From NCBI RefSeq assembly GCF_009914755.1, contig NC_060941.1: 64,000 nt of DNA. The stretch is one strand, 5' to 3'. The DNA comes from the human T2T-CHM13v2.0 reference genome, Homo sapiens. The position numbers and the translations under genes are program-made. Under the pieces are notes generated by a model that was not told the origin of the DNA, did not search any database, and saw only the letters and a list, made by a program, of their open reading frames with translations. Below, piece after piece: positions 58,248 through 64,000 of the stretch (positions are counted from its first letter, which is position 1; every line of letters begins with the position of its first letter).

Positions 58248-58899
58248 GCCTCAGTGGCTGTTCTCAGCAGGACTGCTTGTTTTAGATGTATGGCTGAGGA
58301 GGAGCCCAAAAGACTCTTTTTGTGTAACACGAAGAGACTTGCCACGCTCTGCACTTGCCTGGAGGATCCTGAGAACTTGGAGGCTTCCCCTACACCCTCA
58401 GTTGAGGGGTTCTAGCCTACCAGGCTGTTCACCAGGAAAATATTCCTCCTTTGCCTCTCACAACTTGCAGACCCACTACTAGTTAGGAGACCCCAAAAGC
58501 CTGCCTACATGTGTGCTGAGGACTTATTTCACTGTAATGGGTCAGAAAGATCTGGATGTTTGCAGACAAGTAACAGTGAGGAGAAAAAATGCACAAGGCA
58601 TTGAAGATGACTCAGCAGTTTGAAGGAGGAAAGAACAACACAATCAGAACAGGTGGCTGTCTGTGAGATAGTCTTAAAGAAAGAAAGACAAAGGACACTA
58701 AAAGAGTATAATGCAAATTCCTAGGGAGACTAGGGAAATTATTACAAAGGAATGATCGGAGAAAAAGAGAGTTCTTGAAACTCAAAAATATTGCTGAAAA
58801 CTGAATAAGGTATCTTGAAGTTCAGGTGGAAGATTAGCACACAGAGAAGAAAAACTTGAAGAAATGGAAGTTATGCATGCTAAGTGAAAAATACACATA

Positions 58900-59570
58900 G
58901 AGGACACATCTTATTGTTGATAGAGGGTGAATAGTTTCAACCTTCTTGAAGAGTGATTTGCACAACCCATCTAATAGTAAGCTGCATCTACCCTAGTATA
59001 AAGTACTTGCAATTCTAAGAACTACTTTAGAGTATAAGACCACACGTCTAAAAGTAAATGTTCAAAATGCTTGGTCATTACAAGCCCACTGTAATTGCAA
59101 AAAATTACTAACAACCTAAATGTCTATGAATATGGGATTTGTTAGGACATGTCCATAAATGGAATCCTACTTAGCCACTAACAAGAATAAGGAGATCTCT
59201 ATATACTGACTTGGAATCTGTGTCCACAAAAATACCATTAAGAGGATAAAAGCATATTATAGAAAATTATCTAGCATGAGCTTGTTTTTGTTATAAAAAT
59301 TTTCATGACATACATATCTATGGATAAAAGTTTATATGCTTATGCTTTCATAAGCATAAAAATATTTAGAAGGATAACCTCACATGCTGTTGATAGAATT
59401 ACTTCTGGAAAACGGGGGTGTTGGGCAAAGCGTTCACTTCTTTGTGTGCTTCAAAATAAATCTGTGCAGTTCTGAGTTCTTTTACTTTATTTAAGTGGGT
59501 TTTTAAATATTTTCTAAATGTTTGATAATGAAAATTGCTTATTTCGATTACAAATATTTTTAACTGTTAA
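58900..59570 (+). mobile_element. Old L1ME-like 3' fragment
   Basis: acaacctaaatgtctatg, atggaatcctacttagcc and ctatatactgacttggaa motifs. Confidence 0.5.
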
Positions 59571-60004
59571 AAAGGTATAAAGAAATCAAAACACAAGGAG
59601 TCATTTATAAATAAACACGCTAAGTCAGTGGAATGGTTCACCAAGGCCTCAGCAAAGGCACAGAGTCAAGGCTAGGAAAAAACAAAAAACAGCAAAATTC
59701 CAATACCGTAGGAGAAGCCATTGGCAGTGTTTATAAAATCAGTAAAATACGAGTGAGGCCAAGGGATTAAAAAGCAACTGTGAGAAAAATTATTAGAAGT
59801 CATGAAAAACAATCTGATATCACTTTTTAAAGTTGAGCTCATTGTGGGTCAAATCAGAACCCACAGAGACAAAAGAGGTCATGTCCCCCGATTATAACCA
59901 TTTAAGGAACTAGTACAGAATATTTTAATCCAATGGATGGTACCGTTCTTTGTACAATAAGTTTTCAATTTGGACTTAATGAAGACAACATAACTGTCAC
60001 ATAG

Positions 60005-60210
60005 TAAGCACTAGGATTGGGCACGTTCTCTTCCAAATGCTTTATATGTATATCCTCCAATAAGCACAACAATCTTAGGAGAAGTACAGTGCTACTCTTA
60101 TTTCTATTTTACAGTTGAAGGCCTTGAGACTTAGACAGATTAAGTAACTGGTCAGAGGTCACACTGGAGGTTGGTGGAAGAATCGAGACTTGAACTCCTG
60201 GCCCTCTGAC
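60005..60210 (-). mobile_element. MIR
   Basis: attttacagttgaagg...agattaagtaactggtcagaggtcacac. Confidence 0.7.
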
Positions 60211-62322
60211 CTTGCTTCTGCCCCCAGAGTGGGGGTCATGGGCAGAGCCCCTACAACTCTTGACATCACATCCCTATGCCTTCATCACATAGTCTTGGCT
60301 TTTAAAGAACACTTGATCAAAGCAAAGAGGAGATACACTATTCATAAATTATTTTTATTGTCTGATCACTGGCATATTCTATCTTAAATAAAACCTTCAT
60401 TCTTAAATTAATTTCACAGGTAATTTACGTGGTTACCTATACTCCTGAGAATCAGTGGGATAGAGAATAGGTAGTCCTACCATAGCATTAAGTAAGTAAA
60501 ATTAACATAAAATAGAATTAATTCAAAATTCAGAATAAGAGTACAGTAGCCACCTCATCTCAACATTCATAATCTTGAACATATAGGAGCTAGATTATTG
60601 TGTATCATAAAGAGGAATAGGTATATAGAAGATTTTACTCCATAGGTTACATTATACAATTATACTCGCATTGATGCAACTTTTTACAAACCATAAACAT
60701 TTTAAATAACTGACAACTCAAGCCAGATAGCCTAATCAGCATAGAACACTCAGAAATTTCTAAGTGATCTTATTTTCTAATGAGTGTCAATTGTAGGTTA
60801 CAGATGACAACCAGATGGGATCAACCACAGGAACCAGGGTGAGAAGTTGAGATCAATGAATGGTATGAAGAATCCCCTGGTTGAGCACTTGGTTTAAAGA
60901 TAAGATGTTCTCAGAAGAGATCACAGACAGAGATGTATCCTCAGTGTTCAGCACAGTTCATATGAAAGTGGATTCCAGCAAAGAGACCAAAGAATGTGTC
61001 CAAGGGCTTCGGTCAAAGTCTGTTCTGTATGAACCTTGCTACTGAATCAGGCACATGTCCTACTGTGATCCGAGGAGGGTAACCTGCTGGCCATGCAGAT
61101 CTTCTGAGGTGGGCATAGCACAGGGCAGAGCCGGGATGTACCTCACATCTCCCCTGAGGTGGGAGCAGAGAGACTAGGCTTCCCTAGCTAAAGTCTTCTA
61201 GGATCCACATAAGAAGATCCCCATTTATGATCTCTTAAAGACCCTTGTGTGGTGAGAGAATGGTCTCTGCCAAAGTATATGCAAATAATACAAATGGTGG
61301 TCCCTCAAGTGAGCCAGTTCCTCCTGCCCAGGGTCTTGCACTCAGTGATGTTCCCTTGCTTGGTCTGCTCCACATTCCCCATCTGCCTTCTTATGTCCTG
61401 CTCTAGCGTAAGAATAATATCTCCCTAGGGTTATTATGAGGAATTAACTGCTCAGTACATTAGGAGGTTCTTGATGCATTAAGCACTCCATATTATTAAC
61501 TATTATTATTAAATATGAATTTTTTACCAGATGCTATTTCAATGCTTCCCCAAATTAGACTTCCTGGACCTTTCTATCTGGATTGATTACCCAATTCCAT
61601 CTTGCCTCCTCACTGACCACTGTTGTAACTTTGTGTTATATTGTGATGTGATCCCTCTAAACTGTCCAATTGTCCCTCCAACCAGACAGAGGTTAATCAC
61701 GAGGGGAGGGGATGTGTTATTAGGGCCCAACACAGTGCCTTGCACATAGTAGGCACTCAATAAGCATTCAGTGAAGGAGTTAATAATTTGAAGGCCTCTC
61801 TTTCTCCTTTAAGAATTCAGGTTTTTCTTTGTCTGTTGTGGAAATAAGCTTTAAAAAAGCAGAGGTGAGTTTTTATGTAACTCTCTGGTCTGAAAAAGCA
61901 CACTGCCACAGTATGCTTAACAGCTTGATTTATTTTGTACCTCAAGAAAAATGATCAGTAACATTGAATTGAATAGATACATAATGCAGTCTCAAGGACA
62001 TCCCTGAATAGTTTTCAAAGTAATCAATGATATTGCTGTGAAAATGTTGCCCAAATGAAGAGTTCTTGTCCAATGAATCTGTGAAGTAATAGACAGATAA
62101 TTTTCTTTGTGAATACTTTTGTGGCCAAAGAACGCATTATGTGAGGCAGCAGTAAAAACTTTTCTCAGTAGGTGAGAATGTTCCAAATTTGTTTCCTAGC
62201 AACAGGTTCTTCAAAGGAGCTGAAGGGTACACAATTTCAGAAGAATTTTCAGTGGACTTTTTTTTTGTTTGGAAGGGCAAGGGGTGGGAGGAAATGTGTG
62301 TCAGGTTGTGATCAGAACAGTG

Positions 62323-62447
62323 TTCCAGTTAGTGCCACATGTGAGATCTTGTTGGGTCAAACTATAGAATAATAACTAACAACTAATAATAATAACTTCT
62401 TCCAGTTAGTGACACATGTGAGATCTTGTCGGGTCAAACTATAGAAT
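62323..62447 (+). repeat. 48-bp direct duplication with a 29-bp filler
   Basis: 62323-62370 vs 62400-62447, 46/48 identical. Confidence 0.95.
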
Positions 62448-62899
62448 CCATCTAAGAAATTCAGTCCAATAAAAATGTATCAACCTCTTACCTGTATAAA
62501 GAGGAATTATCTGTATTATTTATGGGCCCAGAAATTTAATAATTTAACAATTTGTCAATCCATGAGCCCCACTCCTAACCACCTTCACAGATAGTAAATG
62601 AGGAATTAGGTGGCTTGCTAAAACACGTAGAGATTTTTTAATAAGGATGTTGATTGGAGATATTGAGTAGTTGGAGGAATGAAAATTGGAGAAAAGCAAT
62701 CTGGATGAGGAATTTGGGACAAGGATATAGCTTTGACTGTCACAAATGGAGACATCTTACCCAAGCAAAACCTCCATAGCTACCTTCCCAGCTCCCATTT
62801 CATGGATTTATCATATGTTCTTAATTTGGTTTTACAACTTGGCCTTCTGATAGTAATAATAACAGCAGTAACAACACCAGGTGGAATTGGAGAGAGTGC

Positions 62900-63780
62900 T
62901 GGAGAGAGGAAATACAATAAGTCTGGTTGGCTAGTTCAATGGCTTAAGACTTTCATCATTTTCTTGCTTCTGGTTCACGCTGACATTAGGAGGACTTTAT
63001 CTAACTATTTTATATATATTATTTTATTTAACCTTTATGGCAATTCTTTGAAATAGCCACTAGTAATATTTCTATCAATCTCAGAGCATTGAACCAATTT
63101 GCCCAAATCACACTATTATTAAGAAATGGTAGAGCTTGGAAAAACATCGGTCACTGAAGTAACTAATCTGACCTATCCAGATCAGTGTGGGTGGTGTGGA
63201 AAGATCTTTCTGTAGGTCTGAGGACACCATGATTTGAGTGCTTAGTCTTAGAGATGATCTGGAATCACTTGAATCTCAGAATGCAAATAGTTCATATCAA
63301 TCATAGGGACTTTCCTGCCATTTCCTATTAAACCTACTACACTAAAAAGTACCCCTTTCAATATAACCACAATAGGTCCAATAAATTATGGATTTGGAAG
63401 CAAGCTGAATTGTCTGGTGGGCTGCCACACTGAACAAATTGCCTGCACAATTGGCCTTCCAAGCATAGGCACAGTCTAATTGTCCCTCCCCTTTTACCAA
63501 CATCTTGAATAAATAGAAACTTGGCATTGGTTTCAATCCCCCTCCTCGCATCTCCCACAAAAGCTTTCTATTTCTTGGAAAAGAAAACTGTCCATTTATC
63601 CTAATAAGTATGAGTTGAGAAAACCATAATCTTTAGGAGAAGTTTCATTTAAAGGAACAATGTGTCAGAACTTGGCCAACAAGAACAAGGTACAATGTCA
63701 GTGTGAACCAGAAGCAAGAGAATGATGAGCGTCTAAGCCACTGAATGAGCCAGCCAGACTTACCATGTTTTCTGTCTCCA
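62900..63780. repeat. About 88-bp inverted repeat with about 700-bp spacer
   Basis: 62900-62987 is the reverse complement of 63694-63780, roughly 80% identical. Confidence 0.92.
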
Positions 63781-63789
63781 AGATTGGAC
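63764..63789 (-). other. Candidate 26-nt micro-exon ending in ATG
   Basis: gctcactttgtctcccag|GTCCAATCTTGGAGACAGAAAACATG|gtaagt: branch-like CTCAC, pyrimidine tract, consensus donor. Confidence 0.45.
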
Positions 63790-64000
63790 CTGGGAGACAA
63801 AGTGAGCATCAAGTAGTCTTGAAATTCTAGGATACTAAGGAGCAGGGAGCTGAGCATGTGATGAGATACAGCAGCTAGCATGAATGTTTTTTCTTTCTGG
63901 GCTACAGCCTCCTGTATCCCCAAGAAAAGTCTCCCAATAAATATATATTCATCTGTAGGCTAGGCTTCTCTCTCTTTTTTTTTTCAATCAGTGGCTTCAA

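Overview
Primate, very probably human, non-coding genomic DNA that is intronic or intergenic. The species call rests on an AluYa5-like element and an L1PA2-like element. I recognise no cellular protein-coding gene. The long ORFs are pieces of L1 or Tigger1, and the rest are Alu-, microsatellite- or chance-derived. Much of the window is interspersed repeat: about 15 Alus, three primate-era L1s plus older L1M fragments, a near full-length Tigger1, MaLR/ERV solo LTRs, hAT elements (MER1, MER53, MER5A, MER20, MER91), and MIR/L2 relics. The notable signals are structural. (1) An L1PA2-like twin-priming insertion lacks the whole RT region and carries a triplicated 46-bp 3' transduction; its sense arm starts at the nucleotide homologous to the 5' end of the old L1 it landed in. 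(2) The 5' junction of an L1PB element has been copied about 3.2 kb away inside a fold-back. (3) A MER1 transposon has captured an Alu piece, an inverted piece of itself and 185 bp of flanking DNA. (4) Several other locally templated duplications occur, including an inverted copy that covers the donor site of a candidate 26-nt minus-strand micro-exon. A few candidate exons are weakly supported by splice signals only. Repeat family names come from remembered consensus sequences and need RepeatMasker/Dfam confirmation.
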